Shown: positions 1 to 9,597, counted from the stretch's first letter. The stretch is DNA of 64,000 nt from Patescibacteria group bacterium (GCA_023473585.1 JAMCYU010000001.1:66507-130506), one strand, 5' to 3'. The notes: a model not told the origin generated them from the sequence alone. Program-made: numbers and translations.

Positions 1-7
1 TAACGGT

Positions 8-535
8 TTGCCGATTATTGCTTCCTTTTATATCGTTCTTTTATTGCATAAAAAAATTAGACCTCTTGTTTTTTTCACTCTAACTCTTCCCTTAGCCCTA
101 TTGGTCTTAATCTTAAGTTATTCAAAAGTTTTTTTAGACGGAGAGGGAATCCGTCGTTTTTTTGGTATTCAAAAATGGATATTCTTATATCATCAAAGCA
201 AGCTTATTTTGCCTTTTTCTATTTGGCCCTTAATTCTTCTTAATAAATGGTATGTTTGGTGGGGAGACAAACCGATACTCTCCGATTCACAGTGGCAGAT
301 TACCTGGCCTCTTGTCTTTATTGTCAGCTTGATAACCATTGCGCTTTATTTCTTAAAAAAAATTCCGCAAAAACTGGAGTTTGAAGTTTTAGCCGTCTGG
401 ACAATATGTTATGTTTTCTTTTTTAGTTTCGGACAAATAACAACACGTTATTTAATTCTTTATCTACCGATTCTTTATCTGGTTGCGGTTTTTGGCTTAA
501 AAAATCTTTTTTTAAAAGAACAATATGGAAAATAA
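8..535 (+). CDS. Polytopic membrane protein, C-terminal fragment (start probably upstream of window); paralog of CDS 38425-39516
   Basis: Hydrophobic multi-TM sequence; shares C-terminal motifs G(I/V)QKWI and (S/E)xWQITWP(L/I)(V/L)FI with the 38425-39516 protein; ORF abuts window edge. Confidence 0.45.
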   Translation: MPIIASFYIVLLLHKKIRPLVFFTLTLPLALLVLILSYSKVFLDGEGIRRFFGIQKWIFLYHQSKLILPFSIWPLILLNKWYVWWGDKPILSDSQWQITWPLVFIVSLITIALYFLKKIPQKLEFEVLAVWTICYVFFFSFGQITTRYLILYLPILYLVAVFGLKNLFLKEQYGK

Positions 536-1355
536 TCCTTTAGTTTCTGTCGTTATTCCCGCAAAAAATTCCGGTACGGTTTTAGAGACCTGTTTTAAAT
601 ACATCAAAAACCAAACTTACCCCAATATCGAAATAATTGTCGTTGACAGCCATTCGAAAGATAAGACGCAGAAAATTTGCGAACAATATAAAGTAAGGCT
701 TATTCAGTTTGACGACAGTAAAACCAGAGGACATTTTGACGCTACCTATAAAAGAAATTTGGGGGCTAAAGAGGCTAGGGGCTCTTTTGTTTATTATCTA
801 GATGCCGATTTTGAACTGACACCAAACGTTATTGCCGAAGCCGTCGCTATCTGCCAAAAGAGGAATGACGCCGTTATTGTCAAGGAAATTGTCAAAGGAC
901 AAGGTTTTTGGACCCGTTGCAAATGGCTGGAGCAAGAAACTTATTGGGGCGATGATAATGTCGAGGCTCCTCGTTTTTTTAAAAAAGAGGTTTGGGATAA
1001 ATTGGGGGGTCTTGATGAAAATTTGGGCGCCGGCTGTGACGATTGGGACCTATATCAAAGATTTAGACAAAAGGGTTATAAAGTCTTTCGGATAAAAGCA
1101 CCGCTTTATCATAATGAGGGCAAAATCACTCTTTCTCATTTATGGAAAAAGGCTTTTCTTTACGGCAAAGACGCTTCAAAATTTGTTAAAAAAAACCCGA
1201 GAGGCGGCTTAATTTATTTTTTCCCGATAAGGCCTGCCTATTTAAAACACTGGAAAATGTTTGTAAAGTATCCTTTAGAGGGAATTGGCCTTATTTTTAT
1301 GAGGATTTTTGAATATTTAGGAGGTTTTGCGGGCATTGTCGCTTCGAAAATTTAA
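525..1355 (+). CDS. Glycosyltransferase family 2
   Basis: ATG at 525; N-terminal VSVVIPAKN...IEIIVVDSHSKDKT and YLDADFEL (DxD-like) motifs typical of GT2; 11-nt overlap with upstream ORF. Confidence 0.7.
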   Translation: MENNPLVSVVIPAKNSGTVLETCFKYIKNQTYPNIEIIVVDSHSKDKTQKICEQYKVRLIQFDDSKTRGHFDATYKRNLGAKEARGSFVYYLDADFELTPNVIAEAVAICQKRNDAVIVKEIVKGQGFWTRCKWLEQETYWGDDNVEAPRFFKKEVWDKLGGLDENLGAGCDDWDLYQRFRQKGYKVFRIKAPLYHNEGKITLSHLWKKAFLYGKDASKFVKKNPRGGLIYFFPIRPAYLKHWKMFVKYPLEGIGLIFMRIFEYLGGFAGIVASKI

Positions 1356-1365
1356 AAAGTTATCT

Positions 1366-2280
1366 ATGACAAATTATTGGCAAGGTAAAAAAGTTTTGGT
1401 TACCGGAGCTTCCGGTTTTACCGGCGTACGCTTATGTTTAGAACTTCACAAAAAGGGTGCCAGGGTCAGGGCTCTAACCCATAAAGATGTTGACTTAACT
1501 AACTACAATCAAACAAAACAAGCCATTACCGACGAAACCATTATTATCCACGCTGCCTGTCTTGATGGCGGAGCCGCTTTCAAAAAAAAGTTTGCCAAGA
1601 AAATCTTTTTTGATAATTTAAAGATGACCCAGAATCTTGTCAGGGCTCTTGAGAATAAAAATATTGAGAAATTTGTTTATATAAGCTCCGCCGAAGTTTA
1701 TGGCAAACCGGCAAAAAAAGGAAAAATCAAAGAAGAAGATTTAAATAATTACCCACCATTTATCCCGGAATATTATTATGCTTGGTCAAAAATTATTAAT
1801 GAGTCCTTATGTCAAACACTGGAAAATCCTGTCAAGGTTATAATCATAAGACCCGCCAATCTTTATGGGATTGGTGACCGCTACGAACGAGGCAGGCTTG
1901 TACCAACGATTCTCGAGAAGATTAAAAGAGGCCAAAGATCGCTTCTTTTAAAAGGCGACGGTCGGCAAGAAAAAACTTTTCTTTATCTTGATGATTATAT
2001 CAAAAATCTGCTTCAGTTAGTCGAAAAAAGCAAGGGAGGAATTTATAATTTTGCCGGGGAAAAGATTATTAAGATTAAAGACTTTGTTAGAATTTTTAGC
2101 AGAATTTCTGGGTTAAAAATAACCTTCAGCGATAAAAACCAAACGCCTCAATCGCCTTTTGTTTTAGACATTACGAAAGCGAAGAAAATTGTTGACTATT
2201 GGTATGACTCAACTTACGAAGAAAATATTAAGAATCTCGTTAAGAAAACAAATTCCGCAAAAGCTTCACTAACTCCTTAA
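1366..2280 (+). CDS. NAD-dependent sugar epimerase/dehydratase (extended SDR)
   Basis: KKVLVTGASGFTG Rossmann motif, YAWSK (YxxxK) catalytic motif; track ORF begins at TTG 1327 but first ATG is 1366 directly before the Rossmann fold. Confidence 0.65.
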   Translation: MTNYWQGKKVLVTGASGFTGVRLCLELHKKGARVRALTHKDVDLTNYNQTKQAITDETIIIHAACLDGGAAFKKKFAKKIFFDNLKMTQNLVRALENKNIEKFVYISSAEVYGKPAKKGKIKEEDLNNYPPFIPEYYYAWSKIINESLCQTLENPVKVIIIRPANLYGIGDRYERGRLVPTILEKIKRGQRSLLLKGDGRQEKTFLYLDDYIKNLLQLVEKSKGGIYNFAGEKIIKIKDFVRIFSRISGLKITFSDKNQTPQSPFVLDITKAKKIVDYWYDSTYEENIKNLVKKTNSAKASLTP

Positions 2281-3097
2281 CGCTTAAGAAAGCAACGTCG
2301 GTTAAGTAGTCTTCGTGTGTTTTTTCGCCAGTCTTCGCCCCGATAACTTTTATTTCTGTTTTTTTATCACCAAAAACTTCTATAAAAGCCTTACCCAGAT
2401 CATCAAGGTGAAATTTTTTGGTAAATTCCAAAGGATAATAAATTTTGGCAGGATTTAAATTATCCTCAAGGCTTTTCTCCACAATAAATTTAGCTGCGTC
2501 CGGCAGGGTTATGAAAAACCTGGTCATTTTAGGATCGGTGATTTCGATTTTATTTTGCTTTTTTATTTGTCTTTGCCAAAGATCCAAAACGCTTCCTCGT
2601 GAACCAAGAAAATTAGGGCAACGAATATTAATAAATTTTCCTTCAAAAAAATTATTTGTTTCCGAAACCAAATACTCGCCTAAAAGCTTCGAAGCACCAT
2701 AGCAGTTAACCACTCCTATGGCCTTATCCGATGAAATATTAATAAATCTTGAGACATTTTGAGACTGTTCCAGTAAATTTAAAATCCCAAAGATATTAAT
2801 TCTTAAAACTTCTCTCGGATATTTTTCTGCCAAGCTAACGTGCTTGATAGCCGCCGTGTGATAAACAAAATCAATCCCCTTTAAAAGGTATTTAACAGAT
2901 TCCGTGTCGGCAATATTGCCCACTCTCCAAATAACACGCCTGTCATTTATTTCCGCTTCGGCTTCTTTAATCAACCCTTCGTCACGGGAAACTGAAACGA
3001 TATTTTCCGCTTTTCTTCCCAAAAGCTCTTTAATCAATTGCCTGCCTAAACTTCCAGAACCACCGGTAATCAGAATTTTTTTATTTTTTAAGTTCAT
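2240..3097 (-). CDS. UDP-GlcNAc 4,6-dehydratase-like (CapD/PseB/FlaA1 family) short-chain dehydratase
   Basis: KILITGGSGSLG, SRDE, HTAAIKHV, ISSDKA, YGASKLLGE motifs match PseB/CapD family; convergent with and overlapping (41 nt) the epimerase gene. Confidence 0.55.
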   Translation of the reverse strand: MNLKNKKILITGGSGSLGRQLIKELLGRKAENIVSVSRDEGLIKEAEAEINDRRVIWRVGNIADTESVKYLLKGIDFVYHTAAIKHVSLAEKYPREVLRINIFGILNLLEQSQNVSRFINISSDKAIGVVNCYGASKLLGEYLVSETNNFFEGKFINIRCPNFLGSRGSVLDLWQRQIKKQNKIEITDPKMTRFFITLPDAAKFIVEKSLEDNLNPAKIYYPLEFTKKFHLDDLGKAFIEVFGDKKTEIKVIGAKTGEKTHEDYLTDVAFLSVKELVKLLRNLFS

Positions 3098-3098
3098 T

Positions 3099-4598
3099 TT
3101 ATTTCCTAAATTCCCAAAGTTTGGCTAGATACTTTAGTCCCTGAAAGCCCACGTATTTTACCCCGTCAAGAGAATTTAATTGTTTTAAAGTGTTAAAGAT
3201 AAAACGCGGCGTCCAAATGGACCGGCTATAAAGACTCCTGACCGCCCTTAGTAATTTTTCTTCATTGATCCCCGTTTTAATAATCGGTTCGCGCATATCA
3301 TACCGCTCCCAGTCTTTGGTTTTAAGTAAGTTATTCTCATCGCAATATTTAAAAAGCGGCGTCCCGGGATACGGAATCACCACGGTTGCCTGCAGGGAAT
3401 CTGCCAAACCCTGTTGAAAGAAATCATGAGCTAAAGAAATCGTTTTCATAACCTCTTTTTCTTTCTCCCAAGGATAACCAACCATCACCGTTAAATGGGG
3501 CATCAGTCCGGCCTCTTTAGCCCATTGAAGAACCTGGCTAATTTGTCCAACTTTTAAGTTTTTATTGATCTTATCAAGAGTCGCCTGTGAAGCCGATTCT
3601 AAACCGTAAAGGATAAATCGGAAACCGGCTTTTCCCATTAATTGGTAGTCTTTCTTGCTAAGTCCAGCGTTAAATCTCATATTGCAGTTTATTCTTATTT
3701 TTTTAGCATAACCGCGTTTAATCATTCCTTCGCAGAATTCTTTAAGCCATAAACCTACTGGAAAAGTCCCGCTATCGTCCATAATTTCCCTGATTTTATA
3801 TTTATTGATCAAAAATCCTATCTCGTCAAGAGCTTTTTCTACTTTAACTACCCGCCAATAGGCTCCCGGATAAAGAGTTGTCCACGAACAAAAGGTACAC
3901 CTGCCCCACCAACAATCTCTGCCAAACATTGTATAGGCCCCCGGAGCTCGATAGAAATTGGAGTTTTTATAAGCGTAAAGTTCCCATTTCGTCAGTTTTC
4001 TGTCAATTGTCGGCAAACTATTAAGATCATGATTTAACTGAAACTTTCCCGTATTTTTTATTTCAGATTTCATGTCCAAAGTTTCATTTCTATACCAGAT
4101 CCCCGGCTCTAATTTTTCTCCTTTTATTAAATGATTAACCAAATTCAGAAGTAAAAAATCATAATCGCCACCGGTCAAAATATAATCTACTTTAGAATTT
4201 TCCATCGATTCCTCTGGCAAAGCCGTCACGTGATCCCCAACTAAGATATATCTGGTTTTATTTCTTTTGTCTTTTAAATTATCGATAATCTTCCAATAAC
4301 GTTTGACAACGGGCGTTTTTGTTTCAAAAAAAACTAAATCTGGTTTTATTTTCTGTAATTCTTTTTCCCATTTTTTATAGCTCCATTTCTCGGCAATCCC
4401 GTCTAACCAGTAAATTTCGTGTCCCGCCTTTTTAAGAAGCGTCGCGGCCGAAGCCGGAACGACCGGATAAATACTGTAAGTCGTCAAAAGACTGGGAAAC
4501 CACTGAAATTGCCGGTTTTGAGAAAGAAGGGGCACTCCTTTTTCTGATTCAAGCGGCGGATAGGCAATAGCAATCTTCATCTTGTTTCTAGGACTCAT
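3099..4598 (-). CDS. B12-binding-domain radical SAM protein (class B-like), variant cysteine motif
   Basis: N-terminal B12-binding-like domain (KIAIAYPP...ILVGDHVTALPE...DYILTGGDYDF), then GRDCWWGRCTFCSW (Cx4Cx2C rather than canonical Cx3Cx2C) followed by TIM-barrel-like region. Confidence 0.55.
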   Translation of the reverse strand: MSPRNKMKIAIAYPPLESEKGVPLLSQNRQFQWFPSLLTTYSIYPVVPASAATLLKKAGHEIYWLDGIAEKWSYKKWEKELQKIKPDLVFFETKTPVVKRYWKIIDNLKDKRNKTRYILVGDHVTALPEESMENSKVDYILTGGDYDFLLLNLVNHLIKGEKLEPGIWYRNETLDMKSEIKNTGKFQLNHDLNSLPTIDRKLTKWELYAYKNSNFYRAPGAYTMFGRDCWWGRCTFCSWTTLYPGAYWRVVKVEKALDEIGFLINKYKIREIMDDSGTFPVGLWLKEFCEGMIKRGYAKKIRINCNMRFNAGLSKKDYQLMGKAGFRFILYGLESASQATLDKINKNLKVGQISQVLQWAKEAGLMPHLTVMVGYPWEKEKEVMKTISLAHDFFQQGLADSLQATVVIPYPGTPLFKYCDENNLLKTKDWERYDMREPIIKTGINEEKLLRAVRSLYSRSIWTPRFIFNTLKQLNSLDGVKYVGFQGLKYLAKLWEFRK

Positions 4599-4638
4599 AT
4601 AATAACAATTTTATAAAAAATTTGGTATGATAACATAG

Positions 4639-4664
4639 CGATTAATTCGTTTCACTCATTATAT
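4639..4664 (-). promoter_or_regulatory. 26-nt conserved promoter/leader motif (minus-strand reading ATATAATGAGTGAAACGAATTAATCG, contains perfect TATAAT) upstream of radical SAM gene; identical copy at 53714-53739
   Basis: Exact 26/26 nt identity between two intergenic loci, both about 40-65 nt upstream of a minus-strand start codon. Confidence 0.4.
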
Positions 4665-4680
4665 CATAATATCATACCCT

Positions 4681-6462
4681 ATGGCTCTCACTCATTCTCA
4701 AAAAAAATATCTCAAGAAAAATCTCAAAAGATTTTCGTTGACTAAAATTGCCGCTGATTTAAATATCTCTCAAAAAGAGATCAGTGATTATTTAAAAAAT
4801 TCTTTGCCAGAAAATAAGTACCAAAGAATTCTTCACAATAATGAAACGGTTGTCAATAAAAAAATTTCTTGGAAATCTCTTATTTTTTTATTATTTTTAG
4901 TTTTGGCTGTCTATTTTAATAGTTTATCCGGCGATTTTCTCTCCGACGATATTGCCGCTATCAGCCATAATCTCACTATCGGTCATTTTTCTCATTTCCT
5001 TTTTCCTTATCTGCCCTTCTTTTCTCCGCCCAACTTCTTTGAGTCAATCATTTATCTTCTTTTCGGTCCGACGCCAATTTTTTATCATTTACTCAATGTT
5101 TCTTTCCATCTCGGAGCGGTTTTAATCATTTTTATCCTTAGCGATCTTTTGTTTGCTTTTCCAGCCAGTCTTTTTATCGCCAGTCTTTTCGCTGTCCATC
5201 CGCTTTTAACGGAATCTGTTACCTGGATTTCCGGAATTCCATATACTCTTTCTTCTTTGTTTCTGCTTTGGTCGCTTCTTAACTATATTGCAGCTAAAAA
5301 CAGAGTTGTTTATTTTTTCTCTTTTCTTGCTTTCTTTTTAGGATTAGCTTCGAACGAAAAAACGGTTGTTTTTCCTTTTGTTTTATTTTTGTATGAATTT
5401 TCTTTTGGAAATTTTAAGAAGCACTGGCCAAAATTGCTTCCTTATTTTGCCTTGTCCTTTTTTTGGGCTTTCTTGTATCTTGGCAGTATCGGACAAAGAG
5501 CCTCTATCTTACAGACATCCTTTTACCAAGAACCCGGGATAAATAATCCTTTCCTACAAATTCCTGTCGCCCTCAGCTCTTACTTAAAACTGCTCTTTTT
5601 CCCTATAAATTTAAGTTTTTATCACACGGAGCTTAGTTTCTCCCGAAATCAATATTTTTTAATGTTGGGAGTTTTGTTTTTCTTCTTGATAGTTCTTTTT
5701 TATGCGTTTTTTAAAAACCGCCGCATATTTTTTGGGCTTTCTTTTTTTCTAATTCTTCTCTCGCCAACCTTAACTCCCCTGAAAATAACCTGGGTGGTTG
5801 CAGAAAGATATGTCTATTTGCCTTCATTAGGAATAATTATCCTTATTGGTCTGGCGATCAAAAAAATCGGGGAAATTTTAAAAAGTCAAAACGTTTCTTA
5901 TTTTCTTTTCTTTCTTCTCCTTGTTCTTTTGTCTTTCCGAACAATCATCCGCAATTTTGATTTTCAAAATCAAGACAATCTTTGGCTGGCAACCGCCAAG
6001 ACTTCCCCCTCGAGTCCGCAAAATCATAATAACTTAGGCGATCTCTATAGCCGCCGGGGAGAGCTAAACGAAGCCTTATTCCATTTCAAAAAAGCCATTG
6101 AACTCCAACCTAATTATGGCGATGCTTATCACAACCTTGCCAACACTCTTAATCAAATGGGGAAAACAGAAGAGGCCATTGCTAATTATCAAAAGGCTTT
6201 AACTTTAAATCCCGGTCTTTGGCAGTCATACCAAAACCTGGCCGCAATTTATTTTAATCACGGAAATTTCCAAGAAGCCGCTGTAAACCTGGAAAAAGCC
6301 ATTAAAATTAATTCTCAAGATTTTAATTTATACACCAATTTAGGGTTCACCTACCTTAAACTTGGCAATAAAGAAAAAGCGGTCAAAAATTTTCAACAGG
6401 CTTTAATTCTTAATCCTCAAGACCAAAAAGCACAAGTGGGTCTGGAAGAGTCTTTAAAATAA
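4681..6462 (+). CDS. TMTC-like membrane protein: N-terminal HTH-like segment, polytopic GT-C/PMT-like core, C-terminal TPR repeats
   Basis: About 10 TM helices followed by at least 4 TPR units (AxxxFxxAIELxPNYGDAYHNLAN..., NPGLWQSYQNLAAIY...); N-terminal LTKIAADLNISQKEISDYL resembles HTH; no SD upstream (possibly leaderless). Confidence 0.55.
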   Translation: MALTHSQKKYLKKNLKRFSLTKIAADLNISQKEISDYLKNSLPENKYQRILHNNETVVNKKISWKSLIFLLFLVLAVYFNSLSGDFLSDDIAAISHNLTIGHFSHFLFPYLPFFSPPNFFESIIYLLFGPTPIFYHLLNVSFHLGAVLIIFILSDLLFAFPASLFIASLFAVHPLLTESVTWISGIPYTLSSLFLLWSLLNYIAAKNRVVYFFSFLAFFLGLASNEKTVVFPFVLFLYEFSFGNFKKHWPKLLPYFALSFFWAFLYLGSIGQRASILQTSFYQEPGINNPFLQIPVALSSYLKLLFFPINLSFYHTELSFSRNQYFLMLGVLFFFLIVLFYAFFKNRRIFFGLSFFLILLSPTLTPLKITWVVAERYVYLPSLGIIILIGLAIKKIGEILKSQNVSYFLFFLLLVLLSFRTIIRNFDFQNQDNLWLATAKTSPSSPQNHNNLGDLYSRRGELNEALFHFKKAIELQPNYGDAYHNLANTLNQMGKTEEAIANYQKALTLNPGLWQSYQNLAAIYFNHGNFQEAAVNLEKAIKINSQDFNLYTNLGFTYLKLGNKEKAVKNFQQALILNPQDQKAQVGLEESLK

Positions 6463-7437
6463 TTATCTTCGGAGCTTTCTGGAGAAAAAACCCTTGATAA
6501 ACAAAAGACCATAGGTAAAATGGGTCACAAAAATTGAAAGGCCAACCAAAATCCCCAGTTTCAAATTTTTTTCCAAAAGGGAAATCTTAAAAGAAGTTAT
6601 CAAAAGAAGCAAGAAATAAAAGGACAAGGTCAGCAAATAAAAAGGCCAAAGCGGTCTTAGGATAAAAGAAACAGGTATCCCCCCAATAAGTCCCAAAGCA
6701 AAAAGGGTCGGCAGAAGATAACCCAAGCGGAAAGAGGTTTTAGGCAATGTTTTGGCAAAGTATCCTCGATGGACGGCATAGCGGCTGATTTGTTCAAGAT
6801 GTGCTCTAAAAACCGCGCGCCGATGATGATAAACTAAAATACGAGGGTCATAAATGATTTTTTTGTTTAATTTATAAACCAAATCATAACATAATTTTGT
6901 GTCCTCCCCCGGCCAGAAATGGGAATCAAAACCGCCGATTTTCACAAAATCTTCTTTGCGAACTAAGAAATTAACCGTCGGATAGTCATTAACTTCACGC
7001 CTTTTACTTACAAGACAACGATATGTCCCTGCTCCACCACTGCCTAACCAACTAGACCAGACATATCCCGAAGCTTTTTGGAATAAATTATCAGAAGGAG
7101 GAGTTACAGTCGGACCGCAAAGCCCCGCTATTCCTTTATTATTTTTGAATAACTCCAGGGCATTTTTTAGCCAGTTTTGGTCCGGATAAGAATCATCGTC
7201 TAAAAAGGCCAAAATCTCACCCTTGGCTCTTTTCGCTCCCAAATCTCGTTTATCGGCCGGTCCGCTTTTTTTTGCGTCTACTAAAATCGTCGTTTTGGGA
7301 AATTTTTCCAAAGACTCTTTATCGACGACAATCAGTAATTCAAAATCTTTTTCTGTTTGAGATAAAATTGCCGGAATTGTCTCTTGACGAAGAAAGTCAT
7401 TAATTTCTTTAACCGGAATAATAATTGAGGCTTTCAT
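6463..7437 (-). CDS. Glycosyltransferase family 2 with C-terminal TM region
   Basis: ASIIIPVKE...LLIVVDKES and AFLDDDSYPD motifs; stop codon back-to-back with stop of 4681-6462 (taatta). Confidence 0.65.
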   Translation of the reverse strand: MKASIIIPVKEINDFLRQETIPAILSQTEKDFELLIVVDKESLEKFPKTTILVDAKKSGPADKRDLGAKRAKGEILAFLDDDSYPDQNWLKNALELFKNNKGIAGLCGPTVTPPSDNLFQKASGYVWSSWLGSGGAGTYRCLVSKRREVNDYPTVNFLVRKEDFVKIGGFDSHFWPGEDTKLCYDLVYKLNKKIIYDPRILVYHHRRAVFRAHLEQISRYAVHRGYFAKTLPKTSFRLGYLLPTLFALGLIGGIPVSFILRPLWPFYLLTLSFYFLLLLITSFKISLLEKNLKLGILVGLSIFVTHFTYGLLFIKGFFSRKLRR

Positions 7438-7450
7438 TTTGAGTAAAGCG

Positions 7451-7486
7451 AAAAAAGTAGCCCTGCCCTAGGCGGGGCGTCTTTTT
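7451..7486 (-). terminator. Rho-independent terminator candidate (GC-rich hairpin GCCCTGCC-cta-GGCGGGGC with U-runs on both strands)
   Basis: Only GC-rich hairpin in an AT-rich 49-nt gap between two minus genes; 7/8 bp stem, 3-nt loop, flanked by A6 (7451-7456) and T5 (7482-7486). Confidence 0.45.
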
Positions 7487-8359
7487 CTAGCCAATATTGA
7501 CCCGATAATCTAAATCTTTATCATAGCGCCATTTGCGCTTATTGGAATTATCGTAATAATGAAGAATTTTAAGCCGATAAAAAACCGCCGCCGTATCCCA
7601 AAGAGTACTAAAAATTGCCCTTAAAATTGACTGGGAAACAATACTTCCTTCCAGATTCCAGACAAGACGAATGGGCGCCTCAAAAATTCTTTTATAACCC
7701 AATCTGTGAGCTACCGCTAAAATCTCAATGTCAAAAGCGTACGTTTTGACGATAAGACGCGGCAAGACATTTTCCAAAACTTCCCTCTTGAAGAATTTTA
7801 TACCTGCTTGAGTATCACGGACATTTAATCCGAAAAGAATTCTCACCATCATTTGATAAACCCGACTGATAATCTTTCTTTGCCAAGGATAATCTATTTG
7901 AGAAGCAGGGTGACGTTTCGAACCAACAATGATGTCTGCGTTGTACCATTCAAAATGTTCCAAAAGCATGGAGAGACCATTAGGATCTAAATCCATGCCT
8001 GCGTCAATAAAAGCTACGATGTCTCCTTTGGTTCTGGCCATACCGAATCTGACAGCGTAACCTTTTCCATGATTAGTCTCGTAGCCAACAACCTTGATTT
8101 TTTTATCTTCGATTTTTTTAGCCCGGCTAAAGGTTTTATCGTCTTTCCCATCGACAACCACAATAATTTCATAATCATATCTGATTTTTTTAAGAACAGC
8201 GTTTATTTTTTTAACGTCTTTAACAATGATTTTTTCTTGGTGATAAGTAGGAATTACGACAGATAAGAAGCGGTGATTAATGTTTTTCATTTCGAAGGTA
8301 ATATAACAGAAGCGTAAATAATAGTAAAGTCGCTTGATGCTTATGTTCTTTTTGACCAC
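7487..8359 (-). CDS. GT2, polyprenyl-phosphate sugar synthase-like (DPM1/GtrB-like)
   Basis: LSVVIPTYHQE...YEIIVVVDGKDDKT...VAFIDAGMDLDP; DPM1-like spacing. Confidence 0.6.
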   Translation of the reverse strand: MVKKNISIKRLYYYLRFCYITFEMKNINHRFLSVVIPTYHQEKIIVKDVKKINAVLKKIRYDYEIIVVVDGKDDKTFSRAKKIEDKKIKVVGYETNHGKGYAVRFGMARTKGDIVAFIDAGMDLDPNGLSMLLEHFEWYNADIIVGSKRHPASQIDYPWQRKIISRVYQMMVRILFGLNVRDTQAGIKFFKREVLENVLPRLIVKTYAFDIEILAVAHRLGYKRIFEAPIRLVWNLEGSIVSQSILRAIFSTLWDTAAVFYRLKILHYYDNSNKRKWRYDKDLDYRVNIG

Positions 8360-9597
8360 GCGTAATACAACGAGAGAAAGGAAAAGAGCAGAGTTGAAGT
8401 TAAAATAAAAATTGAAAGTATTTGCAAGAGTGATTGATGAAAAATAATAATTAAAACAATCTGTAAAATTGCCGCCGTCACGGCCAGTATGGTTGGAAAA
8501 ATAATTTTTAGGGCTAAAAAGATATTGAGGATAACGACGTTAAGAGTGTATAAAGAAATTCCCACAGCAAAATAAATTACATACGGCTCCATGGAAAGAT
8601 AGCTTTTACCGAAAAGCATAAGGATCATTAATTTCGGGAAAAAACCAAAGATAATAAACGATCCTCCGATAATGAGACCGATTAATAAGATGCCGAAAAG
8701 GGCAACTTCTTTAACATTTTTATTCGCCGCCTGAGCTTCAGAGATGGTGGGGAAAATGACACTGACAACCGGAAGGGCGGCAAAATAAATTATTTTTCCC
8801 AGAGTAGAAAGGGCAGCATATAAACCCGCCTCAAGCGGAGGAAGAAAATGGCGTACTAAAATAACATCCGAGGTAATTAACGAAGTGATACTTAAATTGC
8901 TGAAAAAAACCGGAAAGAGAAAAGAAAAGATTTCTTTTTTTTCCGGAATGGGTTCTTTTTTTTCTCCGCCAATCAAATCCTTGACTAGGAAAAAAACAAG
9001 ACCAATAGAAAATAAAGACAGAAGAAAGAAAGGAAAAACCGCTCCGGCTAAACCCCAACCGATATAAAGAAGAAAAATCGTTGCTAATAAGCGAAAAATT
9101 CCTTCGGCAATCCCGGTAACTGTTAGGGCGCCAAAACGACCAAGCCCCTGGAGAAAACTTTTTCCCAAGATCGCAAAAACTCCCAAGATAAAAGATAAGG
9201 CAACCCAAATAAATAAGAAAGGCGAGGGCAAGTGTAAAAAATTGACGACAATTGGGGTAGCCAAGATCATTATTAAAATAACTAGGGGTAATATAAAAAA
9301 TAATTTTTTATTTATTTTCCAAAAAAAAGATTCTATGGTTGTTACCCTATTTTGACCCTTAAACGAAGAAACATATTTAGTAATAACTAAGGAAATCGTA
9401 CTTAAAGGAACGCCCAGTTGATAAATAAGAGAAATTAAACTGTCTAAAATTCCATAATCACTCGGTCCTAAACTGCGGGCGATAACCAAGTGGTATAAAT
9501 AATTAGTCAGGCTCCCGATAAAACCACCAATGACCATGATAAAACTTCCCGAAATAACCTTGTTTTCTTTAATTAAGGAAAAAACTTTTCTGATCAT
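8341..9597 (-). CDS. Wzx/MOP-family oligosaccharide flippase (polysaccharide biosynthesis protein)
   Basis: About 12 TM helices, N-terminal GSFIMVIGGFIGSLTNYLYHLVIARSLGPSDYG typical of Wzx flippases. Confidence 0.5.
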   Translation of the reverse strand: MIRKVFSLIKENKVISGSFIMVIGGFIGSLTNYLYHLVIARSLGPSDYGILDSLISLIYQLGVPLSTISLVITKYVSSFKGQNRVTTIESFFWKINKKLFFILPLVILIMILATPIVVNFLHLPSPFLFIWVALSFILGVFAILGKSFLQGLGRFGALTVTGIAEGIFRLLATIFLLYIGWGLAGAVFPFFLLSLFSIGLVFFLVKDLIGGEKKEPIPEKKEIFSFLFPVFFSNLSITSLITSDVILVRHFLPPLEAGLYAALSTLGKIIYFAALPVVSVIFPTISEAQAANKNVKEVALFGILLIGLIIGGSFIIFGFFPKLMILMLFGKSYLSMEPYVIYFAVGISLYTLNVVILNIFLALKIIFPTILAVTAAILQIVLIIIFHQSLLQILSIFILTSTLLFSFLSLYYAWSKRT

